Source: Octopus sinensis (taxonomy: Eukaryota). Taken from it: a DNA stretch of 64,000 nucleotides. The stretch covers positions 83,142,001 to 83,206,000 of the forward strand of contig NC_043003.1 in NCBI RefSeq assembly GCF_006345805.1, read 5' to 3'. The notes beneath the pieces were generated by a model. That model searched no databases. It was given only the letters and a program-made list of their open reading frames with translations, and had not been told where the DNA came from. The position numbers were made by a program, and so were the translations under genes. Positions within the stretch are counted from its first letter, which is position 1. The number at the start of each line of letters is the position of its first letter. Shown here piece by piece: positions 51,517 to 63,821 of this stretch.

Positions 51517-51527
51517 TGTGTGAGTGT

Positions 51528-51636
<109 letters not shown>

Positions 51637-51676
51637 TGGGTAGATAGATAGATAGATAGATAGGATAGATAGATAG

Positions 51677-51750
<74 letters not shown>

Positions 51751-51771
51751 CAGCGAGGATCTATATTATAT

Positions 51772-52089
51772 CTGACATTCCGTCAGTTACAACGACGAGG
51801 GTTCCAGTTGATCTCATCAAAGGAACATCCTGCTCCGGAAATTAAGGTGGAAGTGGCTGACCACCCTACAGACACGTATACTCTTAATGTAGTTCTGAAA
51901 GATATTCAACGTGACACAGAGTGTGACAATCCTGGCCCTTTGAAATACAGGTACTACTTATTTTTGTCAGCTGAGTGGACTGTCAGCAACGTGAAATAAA
52001 GTGTCCTGCTCAAGAACACAACATGTCGCTGGTAACTGAACTCACGACCTTAGATCGTCAGCCGATTACCGTAACCACTAAACCACGCG
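51772..52089 (-). mobile_element. tRNA-derived SINE, family 3
   Basis: Reverse complement: cgcgtggtttagtggtt..gtcgtgagttc..ttcttgagcaggacactttatttcacgttgct..ccactcagctg..gtacctgtatttcaaagggcc..gtcacactctgtgtcacg. Shares blocks with 62711-63160 and 63228-63477. Confidence 0.8.
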
Positions 52090-52716
52090 TTTTCACATAC
52101 GAAATCTAACTCTGGCCTAATTATATTATTTTATGAAATTGCCATTTATTCAACAATGCTCCAGAAAAGACAATACTTATTTCTCTTTCTTTCTCAAAAC
52201 CTCACTGTCTTCTAGCACTTCCAACAATATGGATGTTTCATTTTCGTTTAGGATATCGAATTCCGGATTTCCACATGCCTAAATTTTGTTGTGCACATAT
52301 ACCATACTAGTATTCAACCAACTACTTAAACTTTCTAATGGACGCACTTCTTATCTGAATTAAGCAGTGCAGATACTTTTTTGACATTATTTGTTCTCTT
52401 TGCTGTTTCTGTCTAACCAAATCAACTGGGTTCTAGTTGAAAAAGACTCAGTGTAATCACGGCAACTAGATAAGCATTTTTCATGCTATAATCACTTCTT
52501 GAAATTTCAAGTACATAGGTTATGTTTGAAAGCTTCGTAGATGCTAAGAAAACTCCCAAAAGTACTGAAGGAGACGTAAATCTCAGACTTCACTGCACCA
52601 AATTGCTGAAATGTATTGTCTGTTCGGAAATTGTTAAATAACTTGAATTAAAATTGTCATTACATTACACGCATGGTTTTGGCACCATGCGAAGCAATTT
52701 AATGCATTTCCTTCAG

Positions 52717-52746
52717 CATTGCGACGAGACGATAAAGTCATTGTCG
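52717..52746 (+). CDS. Possible 30-nt phase 1-1 micro-exon (ALRRDDKVIV)
   Basis: Acceptor aatgcatttccttcag, donor TCG|gtaggc. Open and in phase with the downstream exons, but chance occurrence is plausible. Confidence 0.22.
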
Positions 52747-54347
52747 GTAGGCTGCAAATTTGATTGCATATATTCGAAGTGCTTTATCTTTTCTTTTTTT
52801 TTTTTCAAAGTGCGGTTCAGAGAAATATATGACGTAATCTGAGACTTCAGTAGTTCAGTAAATCTCAACTGTCTTGTTTTAAGACTTCCTGGAGCGCATG
52901 TGGTTGCAAATCAGACTTTATATTTTTAACATTAACTTAGAGAAAACTCGTCGAAATGATATTTCTAAAAGTGGTATTTGAAATGAGATTTAAAATAGAC
53001 ACAAGATCACAAATTTTGAGACGGTGTAGAACCGATTTTAGTAAATTGTAACCAAGGAACAAGTCTACAAAAACATTTGGACAACTGATCAACGGATATT
53101 ATGAACTTTAGTACTTGGATGAATGAAAGATAAAGACGTCACAACTGGATTCTACTCAGAAGACAAATGCAAAGACAAAACACCCAGAATATTTTGTCGA
53201 CCACTCTACTGATTCTGCTAATTGGCCGTCTTGTTTGCAGCCGACAGAAGTAACAGAAAAATGGTAACGCATATGGAATAGGGAATTATAATTAGACGCG
53301 AATTCTTTAAGGATTTTTGTTTGGGAATTTGGAAATGTAATCTTTTAATGCAATCTAACAGAGTCTAAAACGCAACACAATTGATACTAGATCCATTGCA
53401 GAATTTCTTGGAGATTGGGGAACAGTGTTATCTAACTTTGGCACATAGTGAACTTACGTCATTATATACTACCTCTTCTGTAACAATAATTATCGAACTT
53501 GCTGTCTAGAATATATTATAACAGAGACAAATATGCTCAACGTTTGAAAAACATAGACTCTAATACGAATGGACTATCGGTTCGCATATAATTGCTAAAT
53601 ATATATGCTATATTGATTAATATATATGTGTGTATAATCATATGTCAGTATGTCTGTTTATATGTATGTACGTAATCCTGTATATTTTATGTATGTGTGT
53701 GTACGTGCACGCAGGGTTATAATATATTTATTGGCAAATGCATTTGTACACATGCCAGTTTGTATTTAGATTTGTCAGTTGTTTCTTATTAACTCTCTTA
53801 CTTCTATTTGCATTTCACATTTGCATCTACTTTCATATTTTAGAAGTTATATGAATGTCTCTCTTTCTTTCGTTTTCTCTCTCTCTTTCTCTCTCTCTTT
53901 TCTCTTGCTCTCTCTCTCTCTCTCTCTCTCTTTTTCTCTTCTATTATACTGAATTAATGTATCTGCACTTAAGAGTTCTTGTTAGTGGAGGAACACGGTA
54001 ATACGTCCTCTCACCCATGCTTTTCAACTCATACCTAAAAAGCCTTACGATAATTTTGCAAAATGAACACACACATCATCCTCATATGGAAATGACATCA
54101 ATTTCATATCATCTCGGTAATCTCCGTAAGCAGCTGCGAAGATAATCCAACTTTACATTAATGCTCTAAATATCTGACTTCACAATGACAGACTGAATAT
54201 AGCACCAACTAAACTAGTTACATTTCTTGCCAACAGCACTAGAAAATATCAAATACGGCCAACCATCACGCCCATTAAAATGAATATATTTCCAACACAG
54301 AAGACAAACAATACTAGAATATTTATACAGCACTTTTACATTTCCAG

Positions 54348-54392
54348 CACACATAGAAGGTACTAAAACATCAACAAGGCGTACAACAGCAG
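54348..54392 (+). CDS. Candidate exon A of unknown host gene (45 nt, phase 1-1; HIEGTKTSTRRTTA)
   Basis: Acceptor cacttttacatttccag, donor CAG|gtagga. Confidence 0.35.
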
Positions 54393-55880
54393 GTAGGACA
54401 CTCATATATATCATATTTCCTCTGTATAAAGACACACTACATTGAGTTGATCATGTATATTACCACTTCTTTCCTCAACTCCCATTTATTAAACCACATG
54501 AGAAACAAAGATATGTCACCATTCCAAATTGCCTCTACTACATTTACTTAGCAAGTGTGTCTTTACGCCCACATTCGATCTGTTAGAAATAGTAACCTAA
54601 GTGTCTAAAATTGAATTGGACTGCGTAGTCCTATATATATTAAAAAAAGATACGATGATCAAAGCCTGAAAGCCTTTCATCATACATTTGTTCGTTCGGT
54701 GTTAGTCTGGGACCCAGAAATTTTAGAAGTAATCAATGTTATTCTGGTTTAGGGTGACTTTGAGTGGAAGGAACAGTTTACTTTTCATTATAATATACTA
54801 GAACCAATGTACCGCATCACCCGAGTTTAATGAAAGTCTCATAAAAGGTCACATGGTCTACAACTTTCTCTTTGAAAACTTGTCACTTTGTAAAGGTTTA
54901 GTGATAGGGAAAAGAAATTGAAACCCGTAGCTTGAAATATACAATCGTTTACTTCCAAAAATTACTATGATATCGCATCTGTTTCGAAATCCTGTGAGCC
55001 ATAAATACCATTTTGTTCATTTACTGATGATTAATAAGTCAAGCACCTGTAATATCCATGAATTCGGATTCAAGATAATTTACACCTTCATCTCTCTGCA
55101 ATGAGTTTCCTTTTCTCGAACTAAGTAGACACGAGGGGAAATTAGTCAAAATTTTCTTTCCACTGCTACTTTATGTTACCCGCTACTGAGTTAACACATT
55201 GGCTAAACTTCGTTAGATTGTTAATTTTATAGGGTGATCCAGTAACTTAACATAATACCATTATCGTTAAAAAATGCCTTGTTAATACACATGTTCGTTA
55301 TTCTATAAAATTAGCTGCAAAAATTCAATATAATGTGTAACGTATTATAGCTGAGTCAGTTTTACATTAACTTAGTTTTCTGACAAGACTCAGTGGTTTC
55401 CAACACCAATAATTTCCGTAATAAAATTAAATCTGCAGCTTTTAACTTCCATTTTATTAAATGTCTTCTCCAAATAACTTTAATGGAACTGCTCTTCAGT
55501 CAACAATCATTTGACAAACTTAACCTAGTTTAAAAGCGCCTGTAGATGATTTTCGTTGCTTTGCATAACTTTTAATGAATTCTCGTTTGCTTTGTTCAAC
55601 AATAAAGTAGAACTTTATCATCTTTTACATAGAAGTTGAACGAGTTAGTTCTTTAATATATTTTACAAAGAAAAAGTCATTTCATCGCTTGATACGTATA
55701 TTCTTTTATTTTTGATAAGTATATCTACATCAAAAAGAGACAATGATATACTTCGGATCCAGACTGCTTCTCCAAAGTAACTACAATTACGTACCAAATT
55801 TGATTCTTTCATCTAGCTTAGTGATTTGAAGTAATCACTATACAATTATTAAAATTTTCCGGCTTCATTTTCCCCATCAG

Positions 55881-55951
55881 ATCGTTTAATTTATTTCGAT
55901 ACAACAACAAAACTCTTTACTGAAATATTGACTTTGCCAGCATACTTTATG
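55881..55951 (+). CDS. Candidate exon B (71 nt, phase 1-0; DRLIYFDTTTKLFTEILTLPAYFM)
   Basis: Acceptor ttcattttccccatcag, donor ATG|gtatgt. Only this frame is open. Confidence 0.45.
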
Positions 55952-56641
55952 GTATGTTTCTTGGAATTACATCATCGGAGACGCAATTTTACACTAATCG
56001 ATTCGAATTTTCGTGACAAAATGACTTCAGCTAAATTTAAGTCTTACTTACGAATATAATAGACTTTTTCTTGTGCTCATGAAATAAATATGAGGCATAT
56101 ACTGGGATCGATCAATATTCCTTATAAATATGTGGGTTGGTAAAATTGTGGCTGGAGATTAATTAGTATCTTAATCATGGTTCTCTTAAATCATATTGTT
56201 CTGTCTTCAAGAGCATCAGACAAAATGCACTGCACTATTTTTATGGCAATTTATATTCTGAGTTCAAATAAGGTCGGAGATAATTGCAATTTTTTTTTCC
56301 GGGGTGAGTAAAATAAAGCAGCAGTCAAGTACTGGAATCAATTTAATCAAATACCCTCCTGTAGTTGTCAGCTCTTTGACTACGTAAAAAATAACTATTA
56401 CAAGTGTGGTAGATCAGAAAACCCTATGGGATAGTAATTAGAATGTTTTTTGCGTGCTTTAATTACATTTCTTCACTGTCTCACTTTAAATCCAACCGGG
56501 ATCACGTTTTGTTTTACTTTCATCCGTCCGTGGTCATTACAATTAAGACAAAATATACACTGTTAAGGATTCCAACAGCCATTTCCTTCCTCTAACGTTT
56601 GTGACATTCTGTTATAAACCATCATTATCATTCTCATCTAG

Positions 56642-56739
56642 ATTACTCGGCTAGGAAAAAAGTGTGTTGTTTCACATCGGATCTATCCTCGTCAGGATGA
56701 CTTATGCCCAAAGAAGTTCTATTGCAAATTTGTTTACAG
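56642..56739 (+). CDS. Candidate exon C (98 nt, phase 0-2; ITRLGKKCVVSHRIYPRQDDLCPKKFYCKFVY)
   Basis: Acceptor ttatcattctcatctag, donor CAG|gtagtg (moderate). Cys-rich peptide. Confidence 0.42.
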
Positions 56740-57301
56740 GTAGTGTACCGAATATTATGTTCGCAAATGTACTTGATACTATATTAATAAATGTACCAGA
56801 TATTTTATTGAAGATATAACTGACGATTTCAAAAAACAATTCCCTTCTATTTTTGTCATTGGAATTTAAAATTTCTCTTCTATTTCTGTCATTGGGATTT
56901 TTATAAAGTAATTTTCTTAATTTTGGTGTATATGTGGCGGATATACTCATTAAGAACAAGGTTGTAGCGATACTGTCTTTACTGCAATTAATTTACCATA
57001 TGAATGTTTAATATATACACGATTTTAACTTGAGATCTTTAGCTTTTGAAAAATCATTGATTTTCGATGGCGAATAGCGTTGTCCTATTGATAACTGATT
57101 CATGAGTTGTCTTGTCATAATCATACAAAATAGGCTGCATATAATCTTGCGCAGTTGGGTGGTAATGTACAACATGAATAATTAACTTCTTAAACTTTTA
57201 TGTGATATTCGACCAGGCCACTGGATTGTTTACAGATTGCATTGTAAAATGTAGAATAGCTAAATTCTTTTTTTTTTACTATAAAGATTATTACTATAAA
57301 G

Positions 57302-57377
57302 ATTAAGCGCTGTTTGCTACGTCTTACTACAGTTCAATACTACGACTGAAACGCATCTTATTTCACAAAGTATCAAA
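57302..57377 (+). CDS. Candidate exon D (76 nt, phase 2-0; RLSAVCYVLLQFNTTTETHLISQSIK)
   Basis: Poly-T tract followed by a duplicated acceptor ttactataaag; donor AAA|gtatgt. Confidence 0.4.
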
Positions 57378-57901
57378 GTATGTTAATGGCTGTAGTAATG
57401 CTGATTAAAATTCCACTGAAATTTAATTTCTTCTTTTCTTTTTTTTTATTCTTTCAAAGCAAAATGCCTTATTTTTAAGTTCAAAATACGCACAGACACA
57501 TCTACACACAGGTTTATACACACAGCCAATGGCGCGCGCTCACACAAACACACACACAGACATTCTATTTTGATTTTATTCACAAGCAACTACCATACTC
57601 TGTTTTCTCCATCGAGTTGGGAATCTTTTGTCTGACTTGTCACGATACTCAGCTTTATTATCGAATCTCAAAACTCTTCGACACAAATTTCCAAGCAAAA
57701 TGGCATTTTAATGTCCTCACTAAATTGCCTGACAATGCTGCGAAGACTTTTAAGTTACGGAACATTTACTGCATCTAAATGCTAAACATCTTTGAAGAAA
57801 ATATGGAGACTTTTCCTGGCTCGCTCTTTCTTATTTTTTCTTTCCTTTTTGTCTCTTCTTTTTTAAAATTTCTTCTCGTTCTTTCTCTCCACATATATAT
57901 G

Positions 57902-57932
<31 letters not shown>

Positions 57933-57941
57933 CATACACAT

Positions 57942-57974
<33 letters not shown>

Positions 57975-58466
57975 CATGTGTATGTACATATATGTGTGTG
58001 TGTGTTTGCGTATGTACATACATATATGTATATATAATTCGCGCATGCACACACACACGCACACACCCACGCACACACACACATGTAACATTACTTAGAA
58101 CAACCCATGGGGGTAACTCGTCCTTCTGTTCGAGACGAATGTTAATACCATTAGATAGATGACGTATGGACGACGTTTTACTACATTTTTTGAATAATTC
58201 AACATTCGGAATTTCTTATAAGTATTCGAATATGATTACGACTAGAACTGCCTCAAAAAAAATATGAGAAAAAAGTTTTTAAAATATTCAACGACAATGG
58301 TTTACCATTGTAAACAATGTCTGTCTCAAACAACAGCTCTACCTCCGGAAATCAATTTCTTTGAAATATATAATACTTGAAAGGAAAGACGTGACTGCGT
58401 CGCAGTTCAAATTTTTGTGAAATACTGTTGTTCCCTTTACTTTCTGAATTCATTTCTTGTTATAAG

Positions 58467-58499
58467 AACGAACTGTTCCTGAAGGATGATAAAATTTAA
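58467..58499 (+). CDS. Candidate terminal exon E (phase 0; NELFLKDDKI*)
   Basis: Acceptor ttcatttcttgttataag, TAA at 58497-58499, AATAAA at 58583-58588. Confidence 0.38.
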   Translation, partial: NELFLKDDKI

Positions 58500-59789
58500 A
58501 TGCTTTTTTTACTTAACGATGTTGAGAGTAGATTATGACCGGTATAAACAAAAGATTAGGATATCTTTGTATGTATTGTATTAATAAAGATTAGAATATT
58601 TCACATCATTTATAATTGATTTTGCCATACATATATTTACGTGTGAGATAAGTGTGGACGGCGAAAGTGATTTGTGTCTTTCTGGAAAGACAACCTCAAT
58701 ATACAATCTTCTTAATATATATATATATATTTCTCTTTCTTTATAATTTATTGGACAATATTTCTTACCTAGTATCTATTTATGTTACAATTGGTGACCT
58801 TTTCCACATATATATATAATGTTATATCGCAATACTACACAGTGGCTGTGTGTGCTACGAAATCCTCGTCGCCACTGTTATGTCGCACGTTCGGATGCCT
58901 CTACTAGTCTGACGACTTCTAGACTCTCCCTATCTATCTACGTATTGGGCTAGCCTACTTCATCGCCTGGGGGCGTCCACACAACATATACATGTATATT
59001 ATTGTGAGTGTGAGTGTGTGTAAGTAGAAGCCATATCTGCCTCAAAGAAGGGAAATACACTCTCTAGTTCACTCCTTCCTAATTATTTGTAAGGTTGGCT
59101 TTGTTTTAATTCCTTTACCCCTATTTCAAATAAGTTAACATTTGTGGGTTTTCTTCTCCTTAAATAATTTCCCACTTTCCAAGTTTGTCTTCGCACAATT
59201 CTATAAATCAAATATCACGCCAGTTTATCTGCTGGTCTCGTAGGTTGTTTGTCACAGTGTTTAGTGTTGATTCAAGTCATCAGCATATAGACTCTGTGTG
59301 TGCGTGTGTTTGTGTGTGCTTGTGTGTGTCTGTATGACAGAGGAAGAGAGAGGGGGCGAGAAGTGAGAAAAAGAGAGAAATTATGTTAAAAATACAACTT
59401 TATATCATGTGTTCCCAACGTTCGTTTTATGGCTGTTTCAAAGTTCCAAGTAAACCTGGTTGCTTATCACAGCGGTTGCTTATCACATTATTGTGTTTTT
59501 GCTACAGATACCGTATTTGAAACATCCAATTCCACTTAGAATATACAATAAAGATACCCCAAACTGCCGTAACGGGGAAACGTGCGTAGGGAATAAATGA
59601 TATATACTCCCGTTTATCATAATTTCTCCTACATATGAGTCGTATATCATAAATATTAATTCTACTATGTATAGTAGTAACCAAACTACTATACTGGAAG
59701 CAGACTTGATGGAGATGATGTACGTGGAGCTCTAACTTCAGCCGTTAATATATATATATATATATATATATTCCCATCAAAATTAATGC

Positions 59790-60335
59790 AGCGTAAGAGA
59801 AATTCTTTGGGTGGAAGGTATGGCAACCAATTACGCGCATGCGCGGAAATTTTCGCGCCGGTAAACCGCGTCAGTTACCGGCTGTTATACCTAGAGTACA
59901 GACGTATAGTGCGCTATCGTCGGATTTTCATTTTCACCGAATGCATCGAGCAAAGATATTGCATCAAATTTTGCCAAAAGCTTGGTGATACTCAAGCTCA
60001 AACCATCTAGAATATTCAACAGTCCTTTGATGATGAGACCAAGGACAAAATTGAAGTGAGGAAGTGATACAACCGTTTCAAAAATGACCAACACGTCAGT
60101 AGAAAGCGAGGCACAGTCGGACAGGCTATCTACAGGCCGAGTCAAGGAGCTGAGTGAGAAGGTTCGCGAATAGTCATGAAAAACCGTCATGTAACAAAGC
60201 AGAAAATTTTTCATGAAATGCGAATAAGCACGGGATCAATATCTTCCAAATTAACCGACGATTTGCAAATGCAGAGAGTGTCAGCGAAATTCGTACTCAA
60301 CTTGCTGCCAGAGGAGCAAAAGTGACTCTGTATGA
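59790..60335 (+). mobile_element. Mariner transposase 5' remnant
   Basis: TECIEQRYCIKFCQKLGDTQAQTI*..*YNRFKN..SVESEAQS..VMKNRHVT..STGSI..LTDDLQMQRVSAKFV: HTH region of a mariner transposase with stops and frameshifts. Confidence 0.85.
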
Positions 60336-60889
60336 ACTTCATAAAGACTATCAACACTGGTGATGATACAAGCTCTCGGTCATTTGTGAAGGACTACAGT
60401 TGTCAAGGACTCAACCGTCAGTTAAATACATCTTGAAATTTGATGTTTTCTACAAACGTTTGAAAGCGGTAATTGAACTTTATGAATATTACAAAATATC
60501 TTTTTAATTTTTAACACACTTCAACATTATTTAAAAAATGTATATATTTTTTTTAAATACCATAATAAAAATGTGAAAACCCGACCATGTTTAACATTAT
60601 TCAACTATTACATTATTCTATACACATTTCCACATATTCGGATATATATATATACCATATAGCCTGTGTATATTTGTCATACACTACCCAAGGTGCTTTC
60701 TGTGTGCTGTCTTGCAACCTTGCGCATGTGATCCATCATTAAACAATGCTATTAAAAGTCATCAATCCGTACCACGCTTCCTCTTCCTACTGTTTTGTTG
60801 TTTAGTAACTTCTTTTTTCCATACCCAACTCCCATGCATTTCTTCTAGAAATGAGTTATTTTATCCACATGAGCAATAACCCGTTTGGT

Positions 60890-61900
60890 GAGTCATTTAA
60901 GTCTTGTTTCCGAGTACTGTTCGATATACTATTTCAATCTTTTACTTATATACTTCATTTGTCTATATAAAATGTTTAAGTGGGAGTTGAGCATTTTACC
61001 ATTTCTGTGTGATTTCCACTTATCCTTCTTTCGAATTGTGTACGTGGGTTGTTTCTTTTCACAATTGTTCTGCTCTTCTGTTTCATTTTAAGATTCTCTC
61101 CCGCAGCGATCCATCCGATGCAACACACCTCACCCAGAACCTACTTAAATTTTTGTTGGCGCTATGTTCGTTTCTATCTGGCTTGTTTGGTTTCTTTATT
61201 TGTTTTTGTTTTAGTTGTTCTTGATAAAATGGTTTGAAGTTGGCGGCCAACTCTTTGTTTTGATCAAAGAACTGTTATCGCTTTTGATTTAATAAGGGTT
61301 TCTAGTCTTAGACACTCTTTGATTTCAAGTATTTTTTTTTATGTTATATTGTATTTTCCGAAGTATTTTCTTACTCTTTTTCCATTTGTGTCTTTTCGCT
61401 GTCGATCTAATTAAGGATTCAGAGATCTTTTATATTATTGTCTATCTTTCTCTTATTACTTATTATTTGGCTTTAGAAGTTTCTATTTGAAATGATTTGT
61501 GGAGGTACCCACTTTTGTGTGACTGCTGCAGCTGCTACATAGAATAATTAGTTTACCCTGGTGATATTGATGTTGCATTTGCTTCTAGTATGTATATGAT
61601 GGTCACATCTTCATATTTTCATATATATTTTAAATGTTATTTTTATCCCTAAGTTTCTATATATAGCAAGTCTCTCATTGGTTTATAGGGAGAATTTATA
61701 TCGATTTTAATACTTTAAATATTTCCACCGTTAGATAATTGTTATATTCAAAATTTCCAGCTTTAGATCTTTCACTATTAGATCTTTCTCATAATCACTA
61801 GTGTTGTTCACGTTGGTGTAGTTCTGTTTCTGCTCTTGTTGGTCGATATTCTGTAAGTAAGCTGGGTTTGTCTTTGTCGTGTTTTGCAATTTCTTTTCTT
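60890..61900 (-). mobile_element. Old R4/Dong-type N-terminal coding remnant
   Basis: Decayed frames give QYNIKKILEIKE, FDQNKELAANFKPFYQEQL (compare QNKLF..NPKQFYREL), NLSRFW, *NRRAEQL and VEITQK, in the order expected upstream of R4 RT. Confidence 0.5.
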
Positions 61901-62450
61901 TAATTTCCTTTCTGCTAAATCTCTCTTCGGTGTTCAGTCTCTTAATACAATATTTATAGTTTTAAAGTTTTCTTTTGCATAGTTTGTACTTTTATTATTT
62001 TGTTCTTTTATTCGTTGATTGTATTCTATTGTTTTCTTTCTATTATGTTTTTTACTTACATATCTCACATTTTTTTCCTTTCAAGTTTATGTCTTTATGA
62101 ATTAGGAGAGTTCTTCTGGGATTCAAATTTACTCCCAAATCAGAGCTATTTTCTCTACAGGGAATATGCATATATGTTGTGGAATTAGTGACAGATTGCT
62201 ACCATAAATTGTGTATGTAGTTAGTAAGCGTATTCCTCTTAGGTCCTATAATGCTATTATCTTATTTACGAGAGTTTATTAACATTTGTCTCCTTTATTT
62301 AATATACTTGTAAATATTTTTTCCGGGAACCGTTTATGGTTTTCTATTGATGACTTATGTAGATTCCATTCTCTGTATTTTTACGCACAAAATTCGAAGT
62401 GCTCATTCTCGTTTAATATTAGAATTAATCGTATGATTTCTATATTACAA

Positions 62451-62680
62451 GGCGGCGAGCTGGCAGAATCGCTAGCGCGCCGGGCAAAATGCTTAGCGGT
62501 ATTTCGTCTGTCGTTACGTTCTGAGTTCAAATTCCGCCGAGGTCGACTTTATCTTTCATCCTCTCGGGGTCGATAAATAAAGTACCAGTTTCGCACTGAG
62601 TCGATGTAATCGACTTAATCCCTTTGTCTGTCCTTGTTTGTCCCCTCTATGTTTAGCCCCTTGTGGGTAGTAAAGAAATA
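62451..62680 (+). mobile_element. tRNA-derived SINE, family 2 (full length, young)
   Basis: GGCGGCGAGCTGGCAGAATCGCTAGC..GAGTTCAAATTCCGCCGAGGTCGAC..gtagtaaagaaata; matches the minus copy at 2762-2999. Confidence 0.92.
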
Positions 62681-62710
62681 TATATTTATTATTTGCTATT
62701 CTTACTTTGT

Positions 62711-63160
62711 GGAGGCGCAATGGCCCAGTGGTTAGGATCGCGGTTTCGATTCCCAGACCGGGCATTGTGTGTGTTTATTAAGCGAAAACACCTAAAGCTC
62801 CACCGCAACTTTCCCTCACTCTTTCTTCCTGTTTCTGTTGTACCTGTATTCCAAAGGGCCAGCCTTGTCACACTCTGTGTCACGCTGAATCTCCCCGAGA
62901 ACTACGTTAAGGGTACACGTGGAGTCTGTGGAGTCGGTGGAGTGCTCAGCCGCTTCCACGTTAATAAATGAGCTGCGACGTCATTGATACCAAGCTGTAT
63001 CGGCCTTTGCCTTTCGCTTGGATAATATCGGTTGCGTGGAGAGGGGAGGCTGATATGCGTGGGCGACTGCTGGTCTTCCATAAACAACTTTGCCCAGACT
63101 TTACCTCGGAGGGTAACTTTCTAGGTGCAATCCCACGGTCATTCATGACCGAAGGGAGTC
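62711..63160 (+). mobile_element. tRNA-derived SINE (family 3-related, long tail)
   Basis: A-box TGGCCCAGTGGTTAG, B-box GGTTTCGATTCCC; shares gtacctgtatt.caaagggcc..gtcacactctgtgtcacg with 51772-52089. Confidence 0.8.
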
Positions 63161-63227
63161 ACAACGCAAATTCTTACTTTGGAGATGAATTTTGATTAAA
63201 GTTTTAGCAGTATCTAATTTATGTGCA

Positions 63228-63477
63228 GGCGCGTGGCTTAGCGATTAGGGTGGTGGACTCCCAATCGTAAAATTGTGGCTTCGATTCCTGGACCAGGCGA
63301 CGCGTTGGATTCTTGAGCAAAACACCTCATTTTGCGTTGCTCCAATACACTCAGCTGGCAAAAATGAGGACTCCTGTAACGGACCGGCGTCCTGTCCAGG
63401 TGGGGAATATATAAACCATGGAACCGAGAAAACGGCCCTTATTAGTCGCTATGATTTGAGAAGGTGACTTTACCTTT
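63228..63477 (+). mobile_element. tRNA-derived SINE, family 4, with probable target-site duplication
   Basis: A-box TGGCTTAGCGATTAG, B-box GGCTTCGATTCC, then ggaccggcgtcctgtccagg. Flanked by gtatctaatttat at 63210-63222 and 63486-63498. Confidence 0.8.
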
Positions 63478-63742
63478 AATTTTTGGTATCTAATTTATAG
63501 TGAGCAAGGCAATCTAAACAATTACGATATATGTTCCAGCTGTAGCCAGTTCGTTTTCATTTCTTTCCTTGTTATTGAGCATGTTTTGCAAAGTGTAGGT
63601 TTAGCAAACACCGCTATTAACATTCCATCTAATTCTATTCTAAGTTATTCTCTACCTTGTTATTTTTCCTAGCGGAAAATGGTTGTGTATCAAGAAATTT
63701 ATGGACCTATGTCTAAAAAATTATCATCATCATCATCGTTGC

Positions 63743-63797
63743 CGCCGAAGTCATCTTCGTCACCGCCGACGTCATCTTCGTCGCCGCCGACGTCATA
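63743..63797 (+). repeat. 21-bp minisatellite, about 2.6 copies
   Basis: cgccga(a/c)gtcatcttcgtc(a/g)c repeated. Confidence 0.85.
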
Positions 63798-63821
63798 CTC
63801 ATCGTCATACTAGGGAATTTT

